In this document: piece by piece, positions 36,182 to 48,947 of the stretch
Layout: each line of letters opens with the position of its first letter
Position numbering within the stretch: position 1 is the first letter of the stretch
Source of the DNA: Raja brachyura
Lineage: Eukaryota
Assembly (NCBI GenBank): GCA_963514005.1
Contig: OY740791.1
Coordinates: forward strand, 60,326,001-60,390,000
Length of the DNA stretch: 64,000 bases
Direction: 5' to 3'
Translations under genes and position numbers: made by a program
Notes under the pieces: generated by a model
What the model saw: the letters and a program-made list of their open reading frames with translations, nothing else
What the model was told of the DNA's origin: nothing
Databases searched by the model: none

Positions 36182-37261
36182 ATGAAAAATTCTTCCCCTG
36201 GTAAGAGCATTCAGAGAACAGTTACAAAACATTCCTGGGGAAGTCAGACAAAGCCTGAAGAACTTATTTCTGAAGCGGCTTCTGAAGAAAAGGTGCTTTA
36301 CAACATGGCTACAAGATCTAAGACAGATTTGGCCAAGGACAAAGAATTTGAAGAATTAAAGCTTTCGGTAAATTAACTGAAAGATGTAAAGGTGGATGGA
36401 AAAAAGATGGAACAGATGATGGGAGTGATGTTGGAAAAGATAGAAAAGCTAACGCTAAATATGACTTCTTGTAATCAGAATGTTATTGAGTCTGTGAAGG
36501 ATTTGATTGGCACTATTAATAAATGAATTGATGATGTGAGAGATGGACTATCGGAGAGAATTGATAAGGGTGAACAAGACACCACGAAGAGGTTCAATGC
36601 TGTGCTGGGCACTGTCTCAACCTGTATGTTAACAATGCACGAGATTCAGGACGAGATGGCAAGAATGGTGGAGGAGATGAAGAATGTGAGGTCAGAACAA
36701 GACCTTGCTACACGACGGATGGCGACCCAGCTGGCTAAAGTTTCAGACAAATGTCTGGATCTCGAGGCTCGTTCAAGACGTCGTAACCTAAGATTAGTTG
36801 GTGTACCAGAGGGAGCCGAGAGAGATAACATTCGCGAGTTTGCTGCGGGATTAATTAAAGAAGCTCTTAAGCTCCTTAACCTACCAAAAATTGAAGTAGC
36901 ACACCGAGTTCCTAGATTCAAACAAAAATCTCAGGATGGCTCAGAACGTACACGACAGATTATTGTGAAATTCCGGTACATTGCTGACATGGAAGAGGTT
37001 ATAAGGAATATCAAATATGGCGTGCCTCTGATGCATGGTGTAACCACTTTTAAAATCTTCAGGGACTACCATTATGAAATCATGCAAAAGCAAAATCAGT
37101 TCTCTAAGGCAAAGCAGGCTCTCCAAGGACATAAGGAGGGCAGATATGGTGTTTACTACCCAGCTAGAATGCGCATTTCCTACAAGGAACAGCAAAAATT
37201 GTTCACAAATCCCGAGGAGGCGTACAAATATACTCTAACCATCGTGGAACAGAAGGACTAG
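36182..37261 (+). pseudogene. L1 ORF1 (coiled coil plus RRM/CTD), with in-frame stops
   Basis: LDLEARSRRRNLRLVGVPEGAE, IEVAHRV, RQIIVKF and YPARMRI. The same frame runs from 36182 and is broken by stops. Confidence 0.88.
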
Positions 37262-37354
37262 CTGGAAAGGTTGGACATTTTTGGATACTCTCTCTCTTTA
37301 CTATTGCACCCAGAATGGTGGCACACTGCCCAAAGAAGGAGCTTTGTCTAGACG

Positions 37355-38246
37355 GTTACACAAAAAGCTGGAGAAACTCAGCGGGTGCAGCAGCATCTAA
37401 GGAGCGAAGGAGATAGGCGACGTTTCGGGTCGAGACCCTTCTTCAGACTGGTCAGGGATCAGGGAAACGAGAGATATAAACGGTGATGTGGAGAGATAAG
37501 GAACAATGAGTGAAAGATATGCAAAAAAGTATTGGTGATAAAGGAAGCAGGCCATTGTAAGCTGTTTGTGGTGTGAAAATGAGAAGCTAGTGCGACTGGG
37601 GGGGAGGGGGGGGGAGATGGAGAAGGAATGTCAGGGCCAGAGGGCTGAGGGAGAGGTGGGGGGGAGGCAGTCTGGGTGAACAGAATTGAGAAAATTCAAT
37701 GTTTAAGCCCAGAGGATGCAGACTCCCCAAGCGGAATATGAGGTGCTGTTCCTCCAACTTGCGGTGTTGCTCACTCTGGCCGTGGAGGAGGCCCAGGACC
37801 GAGAGGTCGGATACGGAGTGGGAGGGGGAGTTGAAGTGCTGAGCCACCGGGAGGTCGGGTTGGTTATTGCGGACCGAGCGGAGGTGTTCGGCGAAACGAT
37901 CGCCCAGCCTCCGCTTGGTCTCACCGATGTAGATCAGCTGGCATCTGGAGCAACGGATGCAGTAGATGAGGTTGGAGGAGGTGCAGGTGAACCTCTGTCG
38001 GACTTGGAATGACTGCTTGGGTCCCTGAAAGGATTGGATGGGGGAGGTGAAGGGACAAGTGTGGCATCTCTTGCCCGGGAAAGTGCCCGGGGAAGGAGTG
38101 GAGCGGGAGGGAAGGGAAGAATTGACGAGGGAGTTGCGGAAGGAGCGGTCTTTGCGGAAGGCAGACAGGGGGGGAGATGGGAAGATGTGGCGAGTGGAGG
38201 GGTCACGTTGGAGGTGACGAAACTGGCGGAGGACTATCTGTTGTAA
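37355..38246 (-). mobile_element. Penelope-like element (GIY-YIG endonuclease C-terminus plus terminal repeat) inserted in the L1 inter-ORF region
   Basis: The - strand encodes GETKRRLGDRFAEH...VAQHFNSPSH...KLEEQHLIFRLGSL. TSD ctttgtctagacg at 37342-37354 and 38247-38259. Confidence 0.88.
37419..37446 (-). ncRNA. intact minimal hammerhead-like core in the Penelope terminal repeat
   Basis: Reverse complement reads CTGAAGAAGGGTCTCGACCCGAAACGTC, in the same sense as the GIY-YIG ORF. Confidence 0.65.
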
Positions 38247-39116
38247 CTTTGTCTAGACGTCTTATCGGCAGAATGCTAACTCAAGGACATACTCTGTTTC
38301 AAGAGAAGCTGGAAAAAGATAACTACCGAAAAGAAGAGCTCATCAACAGACTGGGCTTAGCTATCACTGTTGTATATGAGATCTAATGAATAACCTAATG
38401 GTACAGCATTATAACTATAGCATTAACATCCTTAACAGCATTAACACCCTTAACAATATTAACATAGAATATTAACATATAAAACAGTAATGAATGCTAA
38501 TCAGAAATGCTGAAATGGGGATTTTCAAATTAACATTTTAATTTAACCTAATAATTCGCAAGTAGATTTATAACCGGGCCTTGAGGGGCGTGAGGGGCAG
38601 AGGCGAGCTCCTGGCTCAGTTCCAGGAGCCAGAAATAGATTAACCCCTTCAACCAACAGTTGATGATTTCTGAGGTTAAAATATACGCTTAACACTTAGT
38701 AGATAAAAATGATAGTTATATTCGGAAATACCGAGGAAAAGGATATATATATATACACTGTAAATGGGTAATATACGTCTGAATTTTAAACCGATCCCGC
38801 TCCAATATGTTATAATTAATTGAGGGAGCGGAGCTATTTGTTTGTTTTATATCGACACGGAAGGCAATAAAATGCTTTTTCCCACCTACAGGTGGGTCAC
38901 TTATTACAGTGCCGACAAGCTCGGACACTGTATTCTCACTTATATTAGTTTTCTTTAAATCATTTTCACATTTAATCACATGTGTGTTTTTTTAATTCAA
39001 GGACTATTGCAAAGGGAATCTACTAACTGAACATTGTAGGGTAAATGATCCCCCTATACCTAAAGACCTGAGGTATGAATGCACCGCAAGACACACAGGT
39101 ATTAAATCTATTCAAA

Positions 39117-42100
39117 ATGCAAGACGATAACCAAAATAAACTGGGAGGAATCTCATTTTGTAGTTGGAACGTTAGGGGTGCTAACGAACGTATTAAAAGG
39201 GGTTTGATTCTAGCTCAGCCGAAAGCATACAACACAGACATTGCTTTTTTTTCTAGAGACCCATCTTAAACTTCAAGACCAAGCTAGATTGAGGGCGAAC
39301 TGGATAGGACAAACTTTTCACTCGTCATACTCGTCGAAATCTAGAGGAACGTCTATTGTTATCCGCAAAGGTATTCCATTTAAACCCAAAACTACCTTAA
39401 CAGATAAGGACGGGGATATTTGATAGTTACCAGGGAGATCCATGCTGCCCCAATTACCTTGTTAAACATATATGCGCCCAACTTTGACAACCCGCACTTT
39501 TTCAATAAAATCTTGAATATAATTGCAGAATATAACTACCAAAATGTCATAATCGGCGGAGACTTTAACTGTGTGTTTCCCTGTGTCTGTGTCCCTGTGT
39601 GTNNNNNNNNNNNNNNNNNNNNNNNNNNNNNNNNNNNNNNNNNNNNNNNNNNNNNNNNNNNNNNNNNNNNNNNNNNNNNNNNNNNNNNNNNNNNNNNNNN
39701 NNNNNNNNNNNNNNNNNNNNNNNNNNNNNNNNNNNNNNNNNNNNNNNNNNNNNNNNNNNNNNNNNNNNNNNNNNNNNNNNNNNNNNNNNNNNNNNNNNNN
39801 NNNNNNNNNNNNNNNNNNNNNNNNNNNNNNNNNNNNNNNNNNCTGTATGTGTGTCCCTGTGTGTGTGACCCTGTGTGTAATTGTGTGTGTGTGTGTTTCT
39901 GATTGTGTGTGTATTTCTGTGTGTGTGTGTGTCTGTGTGTGTGTGTGTCTTAGACACTTACTTAACCCAATCAAACACAAAGAGGTTTTACGAAATTCAA
40001 AACTAGCGTACTTCTAAAAACATATATAAAAAACACAAACATAACAGATGTCTGGAGGATTGCAAATCCGACCGGCAGGGATTACTCATTCTACTCTATG
40101 GTACACAAGACATATTCACGAATAGATTATTTCCTGGTGGTAACAAAACTAATACCCCATACTTCCAAGCCAATATACCACATAAGTACGATCTCAGATC
40201 ACTCCCCAATAACTTTTTTTCTAAAAATGGAAGGAATTACTAGGAATAAACCGTTTTGGAGGTACAATCCTCAAATTTTAAAAGACCTGGAAGGGTGTAC
40301 ATATTTAAAAGATCAAATGGACTTTTTTTTCGAAATATACGACATGCCAGACATATCACCTACACTATTATGGGAATCTTTTAAAGCATTTATTCGAGGT
40401 GTGATAATTTCATATCAAGCTTCTCAAAATAAGAAAAATAAGAATGAACAAAGACAGTTAGAAGACGGTCTACGGATAAAAATAATAGAATAATAATACT
40501 GAAAATTCAAAATAAATAAATTATTATCAGAGAAAGTCATAAGATTATTACAAATTACAAGACAGGAACACTTTGAATTTGGGAATAAGCCCCACAAACG
40601 TCTGACACGTCAGTTTAAAAAACGAGAAAAAGATCACACAATTTTTAAAGATTAAATCAGACAAAGGGGAAATATTGACCTTGCCGAGTGATATTAATAA
40701 AAGATTTGCACAATTTTACAAGAATCTGTATACATCTAAAACGATAATGGACACCAACAAAGTTACTTGGATAATTGTAACCTTCCCAAACTAGAGTTGC
40801 AGGAACAAGAGGAATTGGGAGCACAAATCTCAAATAAGGAAATAGAAAAACAATAATCTCATTAAAAAATGGAAAAACACCTAGTCCCGATGGATTTAGT
40901 AATGAATTCTATAAAAGTTTTTATGACATATTTACTCCTCGTCTACAGAAAATGTATACTTATGCCTTCAAAGAACAAATACTACCTGAAACACTAGTAG
41001 AATCCATGATCACACTAATACTTAAGAAAGATAAAGATGTGGAAGAACCTGGATCATATAGAGCTATAAAAAAATATTAGCGAAAATACTAGCTAGAAGA
41101 CTAAGTAAATATGCTAGTAAATTAATACATCCGGATCAAATGGGGTTTATCCCTAAGAGACAATCATTTAATAATTTGAGACGTCTGCTCAATATAATGC
41201 ATTCACACCAAACGGAAGATCAAAACCTATCAATCATATCATTGGATGCAGCGAAAGCATTCGATCAGGTCGAATATATGGTCAGGGTATTGGAAGAATT
41301 TCAACTGGGAGAGAATTTTATTCTATTGATTAAATTACTATATAATAAGCCAAAGGGCAGAATATTAACTAACATTAATTTATCTACAAAATTTCATTTG
41401 TCAAGGGGTAATAGACAAGGATGTTCATTATCACCGTTGTTATTTGCCCTCATAATTGAACCCCTAGCGGAAAGAAGTAGAACTCATCCGAATATCCATG
41501 GATATAAAACAAAATATTCCAACAATAAAATATCACTATGCGCTGACGATGTACAATTGTACATCACAAAACCTCATATTACTATACCAAATACTTTAAA
41601 ATTAATACTTTTATCATTCTCAGGATATAGAATAAATTGGAATAAAAGTAAAATCATGTCAATAAAACCAACTTACTGGAAGAAGTAATGAATACAAAGG
41701 CAGAATCATCAAACCTAATATCATATATATATAATATTATTCTAAATGCAGAAATACCAACAACAGAAGGTATCAGGAGAGATATCAGGTATCAGGAATA
41801 TTTATTAAATGTGCATAAATGTTCAATTAATGTAAGACACGCCTGAATACAGTTTAAAATCTTACACAGATTATACTATTCAAAAACTAAAATAAGTAAA
41901 CTTTTTCCCAACGTCTCACCTATATGTGATAAATGTCAATGTCAAGAAGCTAATATAGCACACTCATTTGTCTTTTGTACAAAAATCCAAACATTTTGGA
42001 CTGACATTTTTGAAATTTTCACAAAAATATTTAAAATAAAACTGATTCCAAAAGCAGACTGGATTATCTTTGGGATATCAGAAGATAGCCCTGAATTAAA

Positions 42101-42314
42101 TGTGTTTCAAAATATTCTATTTGAATATGGCTTAATAACGGGAAAGAAGCTAATCTTAAAATTCTGGAACAATTCTCCAATACCAACAGTTAAAAAGTGG
42201 ATTTCAACTATATTTGAAACACTACATTTGGAAGATATGAGACTCCGACTAGCAGGAAAATCAGACTGTTTCTATAAGACGTGGTCTGCATTTATAAATC
42301 TATTACAAGGATAA
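39117..42314 (+). pseudogene. L1 ORF2 (APE endonuclease, RT, C-terminal Cys region), frameshifted and internally deleted
   Basis: SWNVRG, FLETHL, NIYAPN, GGDFNC, YSRIDYFL, ISDHSP, SLDAAKAFD, RQGCSLSPLLF and LCADD. Confidence 0.9.
39569..39948. repeat. (TG)n-type microsatellite flanking assembly gap 39603-39842
   Basis: GT-rich repeats on both sides of the N run. Confidence 0.9.
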
Positions 42315-42765
42315 GGTGCAAGAATACCTCAAAAAAGTACCGGTGTCGGGGCTTTGTAAAGGGGGAAGAAAAACTGTCGAGTTGGTAGATTCCTTTTGCG
42401 AGATGTTTATAATAAAGTTACTGGCTTTTCTTCTTTCTTTCTCTATCTTTCCCTTTTTCTTTTTTTTCCTCTCCAGGGTCTATCTCTTAATCTCCGGTCT
42501 CTAACTCTTCAAGCGTTTCCTTTCCCTCTGTCACGCTTTTACACTTTCACATCTCTTTTTCACTTTTCTACTGTCTTTGCTGTTATTTCTCTCTCTTTTC
42601 TCTCTTTTCTAAAGCCTTAAAAAAATTAAGGGGTACAATGACTGTAATACAATATAAGGGATGTACACTGATGTAACTTACGGTACCTCTAATAAATAAA
42701 GATATTTAAAAATAAAATAAAATAAAATAAAATAAAAAAATAAATAAATAAATAAAATGTTTTGG

Positions 42766-43180
42766 AATGTTGGAGTTTAGAAGAATGAGGGGGAACCTCA
42801 CTGATAGATACAGAAAAGTGAAAAGCGTGGATAGAGTGGATGTGGAGATGATGTTTCCACTGGTGGGAGAGTCTAGGACTAGAGGTCACAGCCTCAGAAT
42901 TAAGGGGTGTTCTTTGAGGAAGGAGATGAAGAAACATTTCTTCAGTCAGAGGGTGGTGAATCTGTGGAACTATTTGCCACAGAAGGCTGTGGAGGGAGTC
43001 AATGGATATTTTTAGGGCATGGATAGATAGATTCTTGATTAGGACAGGTGTCAGAGGTTATGGGGAGAAGGTTGGAGATTGGGGTTAGGAGGGAGAGATA
43101 GATCAGCCATGGTTGAATGGCGGAGTAGACTTGATGGGCCAAATGCACTAATTCTACTCCTATCCCTTATGACCTTTTGA
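42766..43180 (+). mobile_element. CR1 3' fragment
   Basis: ORF 42767-43015 contains LEFRRMRG...TRGHSLRIKG...FFSQRVVNLWN. Confidence 0.88.
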
Positions 43181-44127
43181 ATGTACTGAGATTGGTAACC
43201 AGATAATAATCTTTGCATCTTCTGTTCTCAAGAAATCAAACACTTCCCTCACTGAAGTCCCTTCTTCCTGTCTAGTCCCAGTGTCCTCGTTAAATTATTT
43301 GTATTTTCTGTGATTGGAAATCTCACAAGCATCCTCCACAATCTTCAAACTTTTTCCTAGCTCACTTATCTTATTAAATCGGGCCTTCTTTGTTGCTGGG
43401 GTGCTGGCAGGTTTGATTTACTGTAAGTATACAAGAACACAGTAAGTGGTTTATCCCGTCTCAAACAACACCAAGGAATGTAAAATACACAGAGAGCTAA
43501 TGTATAAGGTTATGATACCTAGAGCCACAAAACCATAAGTCTATGCAAACACACATCTGATAAAGGGTCTTATGATAAAATGATCTGAAACCATAGTCCT
43601 GTTTCTCTCTCCTCAGTTGCTGCCTGACCCGTCAAGTGTTTTCTGTTATTATTTCAGGACCTGCAATTATTTGATTTTTGAATACACCTTACTGCTCCTC
43701 CATCCTTGAATAAAACACGTGTAAACATTTCCGTGTAGACAGATTCAGTCCAGAACTGGCTTAACCTCCTCCGCACCGTACATTTCTCTGACATTGTCTT
43801 TGTTCCTAATACTGTGGAGCTTCCAGTTGCTTACAGTGACTCACTGTTATTCAGCATTGCTTGACTGGCAATGGAGCCTGCACCGATGTCGGGTCCCAAT
43901 ACATTGCCGTTATTACTCTGAGTGTGCATTTTCTATGTGACTTCCAAAATGAACCAAGGCTCATTTGTGGCCATTGCTCTGTGGACCTGCAAGTCTAATT
44001 CATTCACGGAATAATATTGCCCTTTGCTTCCTCAAAACATTGCCCTTTGCTTCTGTTGCTGCTCCTCTATTCTCCACTCTGTTTTGGGCTCTAGCAATGT
44101 CGATGGTATGTGATACTGATCGTACAT

Positions 44128-44912
44128 TAGAATAGAATAGAATAGAATGCCTTTTATTGTCATTCAAACAGCTTGGTTTGAACGAAATTTCATTCCTACA
44201 TTGCAAAAAAAGACCCACACTTAACACAGTTAACACAAACATCCATCACAGTGAATCTCCAACACCTCCTCACTGTGATGGAAGGCAAAAGTCTTATCTC
44301 TTCTCTTTGTTCTTCTCCCGCGGTCCAGCAGTTCAACTGCAACATCGAGGCGACTGGGGCTCACAATGTTACAGCCCCCAGCGGGTGATGGTAAGTCCCA
44401 CGGCCGTTTAAGCCGCGCTGGGCGATGTTAGGCCCCGCTCCGAGTCATTTGAACCCCGTGATTCCGGCAGGAGAAGTTGTCATTGCTGGAGCTCCAAAAA
44501 GTGGTCTCACACCAGGGACCTGTGAGCTCCCGATGTTCCCGTCCACCGGGCCTGCGGCCGGAGCCTCCGAAGCTCCGAAGTTGGGTCGCAGCCGCGCGCC
44601 ACCACAGCTCTCCCCGCTCCGGTCGGCCAGCTCCGTGATGGCGAGTTCGCAGGCTCCGCGACTGGAGCCCTCAGGTTGGTTCCGGTTGGAGGCCGCCACC
44701 GACTCCACGATGTTAGGCCCAACGACACCGGAGACCCGACAGGGAAAAAGTAGAGTCCCCGTACAGGGAAGTGATTAAATGGTTCCCCCCTCCCACCCCC
44801 CCCCCCCCCCCCCCCCACACATATACACAGCTAAATATAATATTAAAATTAGAACAAAAAACATACATCTAACGGACTGCAGTCGAGCTGCTGCCGTTAG
44901 GTGCCACCACAC
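44128..44912 (-). mobile_element. modular non-autonomous retroposon
   Basis: On the - strand: ggtggcacc..ggcagc head, T-rich block, G-tract, gcctaacatcgtggag, GC-rich middle, then a gacaataaa and (attct)n tail. Confidence 0.6.
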
Positions 44913-45234
44913 TTGATAGGTTTATTGGAATATAACCAGTGAATCATCGGGTATTTTTAAGAATAAATTGGCCAATTGATGATTCATTGCAAAATGTAAG
45001 TATGTGTGGACCACTGACTTCCTCCAGCCTTTTTATTAACATCAACACACCAATCTCTTTGTTGCACCTTTGTAGAATGAAGAAATGGAAAAGTTAATTA
45101 TTGCTGGTTGATTTTGCATCACATAAACCTTCAAATACCAGCAAAACAGAACTGGTCTACTGGTGGACAGTCATTTTGCTGATATTCCCAGCATAACAAA
45201 GATTTATTTAAGCTCCTTGATATTATGTCTAAAA

Positions 45235-45845
45235 ATCATAGTCATAGAGACTTACAGAGTGGAAACAAGCCCTTCGACCCAGCCTATCCTCATCGGCCAA
45301 TATGTCCCATCTATATTAGTCCCACCTGCCTGCGTTTGGCCTATATCTCTCTAAACCTGTCCTATCCATGTACTGTCTAAATGTTTCGTAAACGTTCCTC
45401 AACCACCTCCTCCAGCAGCTTGTTCCATACACCCACCACCCTTTGTGTGAAAAGGTTATTCCTCTGGTTCCTATTAAATCTTTCCACCGTCACCTAAAAA
45501 CCTATGTCCTCTGGTTCTCGATTCCACCCACTCTGGGCAAGAGGCTCTGTGTGTCTACATGACCTATTCCTTTCATGATTTTGTACACCTCTCAGAAGCT
45601 ACAAGGAATAGAATCCTACCCTGCTCAACCCCTCCCTATAGCTCAGGCCCTCGAGTCCTGGCAACATCCTCATGAATGTTCTCTGCACCCGTTCCAGTTT
45701 GACAACGTCTTTCCTATAACATGGTGCCCAAAAACTGAGACTCTAACACAAGACTCTAAATGTGGCCTCACCAACATGTCATACAATTGCAACGTGATTT
45801 CCCAAATTTGATACATATACAACTGTAACATGACCTCCCAATGTC
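45235..45845 (-). mobile_element. CR1 3' fragment
   Basis: catagtcatag tail, tagtcccacctgcc, caccaccctttgtgtgaaaa and tgtggcctcacca. Confidence 0.8.
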
Positions 45846-46410
45846 TAATGGTTGTGCCTGTATCTCTGGCTTCAATCCTTGTTATGTATTAATTAATAAT
45901 CACGAGGTGCTGATCACTCCCTTTTTAGTGAAAATTCCCACAAACCTTTTAGAAAGAAAGAATTGGTCATTTCAATGGTGTAATGTGTCATAGTTAATAT
46001 TGTGCTATATTACTACTGAAGTGTGCATTTGGAGGCAACATACTCACTGTTCAGTCAACACACAAATCCTCTGACAACATTTCCCATTCTCATTTCCTGT
46101 ATCTTTAGTATGTACTTTCTACATTCTTGAGAACACTTGGAATTACTAAGCACTGGTATCATTTTGAAACAAGTACAGGAGTAGCTCAGCAGGTTTATTT
46201 TATTTTATTTTAGTTTACAGACACAGCTCGCGTGGAAACAGATCCGTCGCCCACCAAGTCCGCACAGACCAGCGATCTCTGCACATGAACACTACCCGCA
46301 TGCACATTCGGGCCAATTTTACATTTATACCAAGACTGTATCTCAGTACATGTGATGAAAATAAAAAAAATACTTACATCTCAATCTGCCAACAGTTGCT
46401 AAACCGGATC

Positions 46411-46429
46411 ATCCACCAGAGGGCAGCAC
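46411..46429 (+). promoter_or_regulatory. candidate CTCF site
   Basis: CCACCAGAGGGCAGCA closely fits the CTCF core consensus and lies outside recognisable repeats. Confidence 0.5.
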
Positions 46430-46644
46430 TGTGCAGGAGTTGAATAGCAGCAAATAATCACTTGTTGTAATCACTTGTCTTTTCCACCTCTCCAATCATT
46501 TAAACTCAATTGAATTTTCAGCTTGTTTATCTATTGATTACTGTGGCATAGACTGTAGATTTACCAAATCTGTTGATTTGCCACTATCTATGTCACGGCA
46601 ATCAACAGATATTCCACTATATCACCAATGTTGGTACATTCTTC

Positions 46645-47142
46645 ATTAGTCATGGAGTGATGCTGTGTGGAAACAGACCCTTTGGCACAACTTGCCCGCA
46701 CTAGCCAACATATCCCAGCTACACTAGTCCCACCTGCCAGAATTTGGTCAATATCCCACCAAACCTATCCAATCCATGTACCTGTCTAACTGCTTCTTAA
46801 ATGTTGGATTGGTCCCAGCCTCAACTACCTCCTCTGGCAGCTTGTTCCATACACCCACCACCCTTTGTGTCAAAACGTTCCCCCTCAGATTCCTATAAAA
46901 TCTCTTCCCCATCTTAAAGCTATGTCCACTGGTCCTCGATTTACATACTGTGGGCAAGACACTCTTTGCATCTACCCGATCTATTCCTCTCATGATTTTA
47001 TACACCTCAAAAAAGATCACCCCTCATCCTACTGCGCTCCAAGGAATAGAGTCCCAGCCTACTCAACCTCTGCCTATAGCTCAGACCATCTGGGCCTGGC
47101 AACTTCCTCGTAAACGTTCCAGCCTGACAACATCTTTCCTAT
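46645..47142 (-). mobile_element. CR1 3' fragment
   Basis: ORF 46748-47020(-) contains EVYKIMRGIDRVD...TQRVVGVWNKLPEEVVEAG. Confidence 0.85.
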
Positions 47143-47208
47143 ACATTTTATATATATATTTCATGATTTTAGTTCATTTTAATTATTTTAATTTTAACAG
47201 TGTTAGAG

Positions 47209-47510
47209 AGGCACAGTGCCGCAGCGGTAGAGATGATGCCTCACAGCGTCAGAGACCCAGGTTTGATCATGACTATGGCTGTTGTCTGTATGGAGTTTGT
47301 ACGTTCTCCCTATGACCACGTGAGTTTCCTCCGGGTGCTCCGGTTTCCTCCCACATAACAAAGACGTGCAGGTCTGTCGGTGAATTGGATTGTGTACATT
47401 GTTCCTGGTGTGTCGAATGGAACTAGTGTTTTGATGATTGCTGGTCAGTGCGGACTCGGTGGGCTGAAGGGCCTGTTTCCATGCTGGATCTCTAATTTAA
47501 ACTGAACTAC
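47209..47510 (+). mobile_element. HE1-like SINE
   Basis: ggcacagtgccgcagcggtagag...gacccaggtttgatc...gggctgaagggcctgtttcc. Confidence 0.85.
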
Positions 47511-48065
47511 ACTTATAATTAATAATAAATATTTCTTGCTTAGCATTTTTTAATTTTCTGACATCGACAAACAGTTGAAAAGCTTTGACAATGTTGATGG
47601 GTGGCAGACATAGAGGTGAGGCTTTTCCTGCTCTCACAGCGTGTCACAAATGGGTGGGCATTTTGTGGCTCATTCGATCAATCATTCTCTGACCACAACA
47701 CGGTCCCTCACTGTTTGCCTCCTAGACGGTCTGGACCAGGGAACTTGACCTTCCCAATATGGAGGAGGAAGGTCAGGGTGAAAGGTCAACAGCTAGGCTC
47801 AATTCAAGTAACCCTGACAATTGAAACGCTGACTGCACGGCCGTTCCAGGGAATTATTTACTTACACATTTATTTTTGTTAATTATCTGTGTTTCCAATG
47901 TTCTCTCTACACAGATGCTGCCTGACCTTTTGAGCATTTCAAGCATTCTCTGTTTTGTTCCTGATATCCAGCAGCCATAATTTTGTTTCATTATCAGTCT
48001 CGGTTTAGTTTATTGTCACGCGTACAGAGATTCAGTGAATAGTTTTTGTTGCGAGCTATCCAGTA

Positions 48066-48852
48066 ACGGCAACGGAGGGACCTGTAGCGCCTCCCGGATG
48101 GGAGGAGGGTAAACAGTCTGTGGCTGGGGTGAGAGCAGTCCTTGACGATGCTGCGTGCCCTTCGCAGACATCGCTTGCTCTGGACGTACTCAATGGAGGG
48201 GAGTGAGGAACCGGTGATGCGTTGGGCAGTTTTCACCTGCCTCTGCAGTGCTTTCCTGTCGGAGACAGAGCAGTTGCCATACCATACTGTGATACAGTTG
48301 GTAAGGATGCTCTCGATGGTGCAGCGGTAGAAGTTCACCAGAATCTGAGGACCTTCTTTAGTCTCCTCAGGAAGAAGGGACACTGGTGGGCCTTCTTGAC
48401 CAGTGTTGAGGTATTGTGGATCCAAGAGAGGTCATCAGAGATGTTGACCCCCAGAAACCTGAAGCTGGAAACACGTTCCACCTCCATCCCGTTAATATGG
48501 GTGGGGGTGCGCGTGCAGCCCCTAGACCTTCTGTAGTCCACAATGAGCTCCTTGGTCTTCTTGGAGTTAAGGGCCAGGTTGCTGTCAGTGCACCATGCTG
48601 CTAGGAGCTGCACCTCCTCCCTAGAGGCCGACTCATGGTTGTCGCTGATGAGGCCAATCACAGTTGTATCATCTGCATACTTGATGATGGTGTTAGTACC
48701 ATGTTCAGGTGTGCAGTCGTAGGTGAAGAGGGAGTAGAGGAGGGGGCTCAGTACACAGCCCTATGGAATGCCGGTGTTCAGGGTGAGGGTTGAAGAGGTG
48801 TGGTTGTCCAACCTAACAGACTGGGTGGGGTCTGTCAGTTAGGAAGTCCAAG
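48066..48852 (-). mobile_element. Rex1/Babar-like LINE RT fragment
   Basis: The - strand encodes [32 protein letters not shown] and IESILTNCITVWYG. It sits between pieces of another Rex-like 3' end (47995-48065, 48865-48945, 50111-50300). Confidence 0.85.
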
Positions 48853-48947
48853 GTAAAGTGCAAGTTAGTGCAAGGTAAAGCTGGCAAAGTCTGAGTCGGA
48901 GAGTCATTAAAGGGGTAGACGGTAGTTCAGCACTGCTCTCTGGTTAC

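Larger units (their letters stand above)
35985..42751 (+). mobile_element. full-length decayed L1 element with TSD
   Basis: TSD ataaaatg(c/t)tttgg at 35971-35984 and 42752-42765. 5' cacttccgg head, ORF1, ORF2, T-rich 3' UTR and an A-rich tail. Confidence 0.88.
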
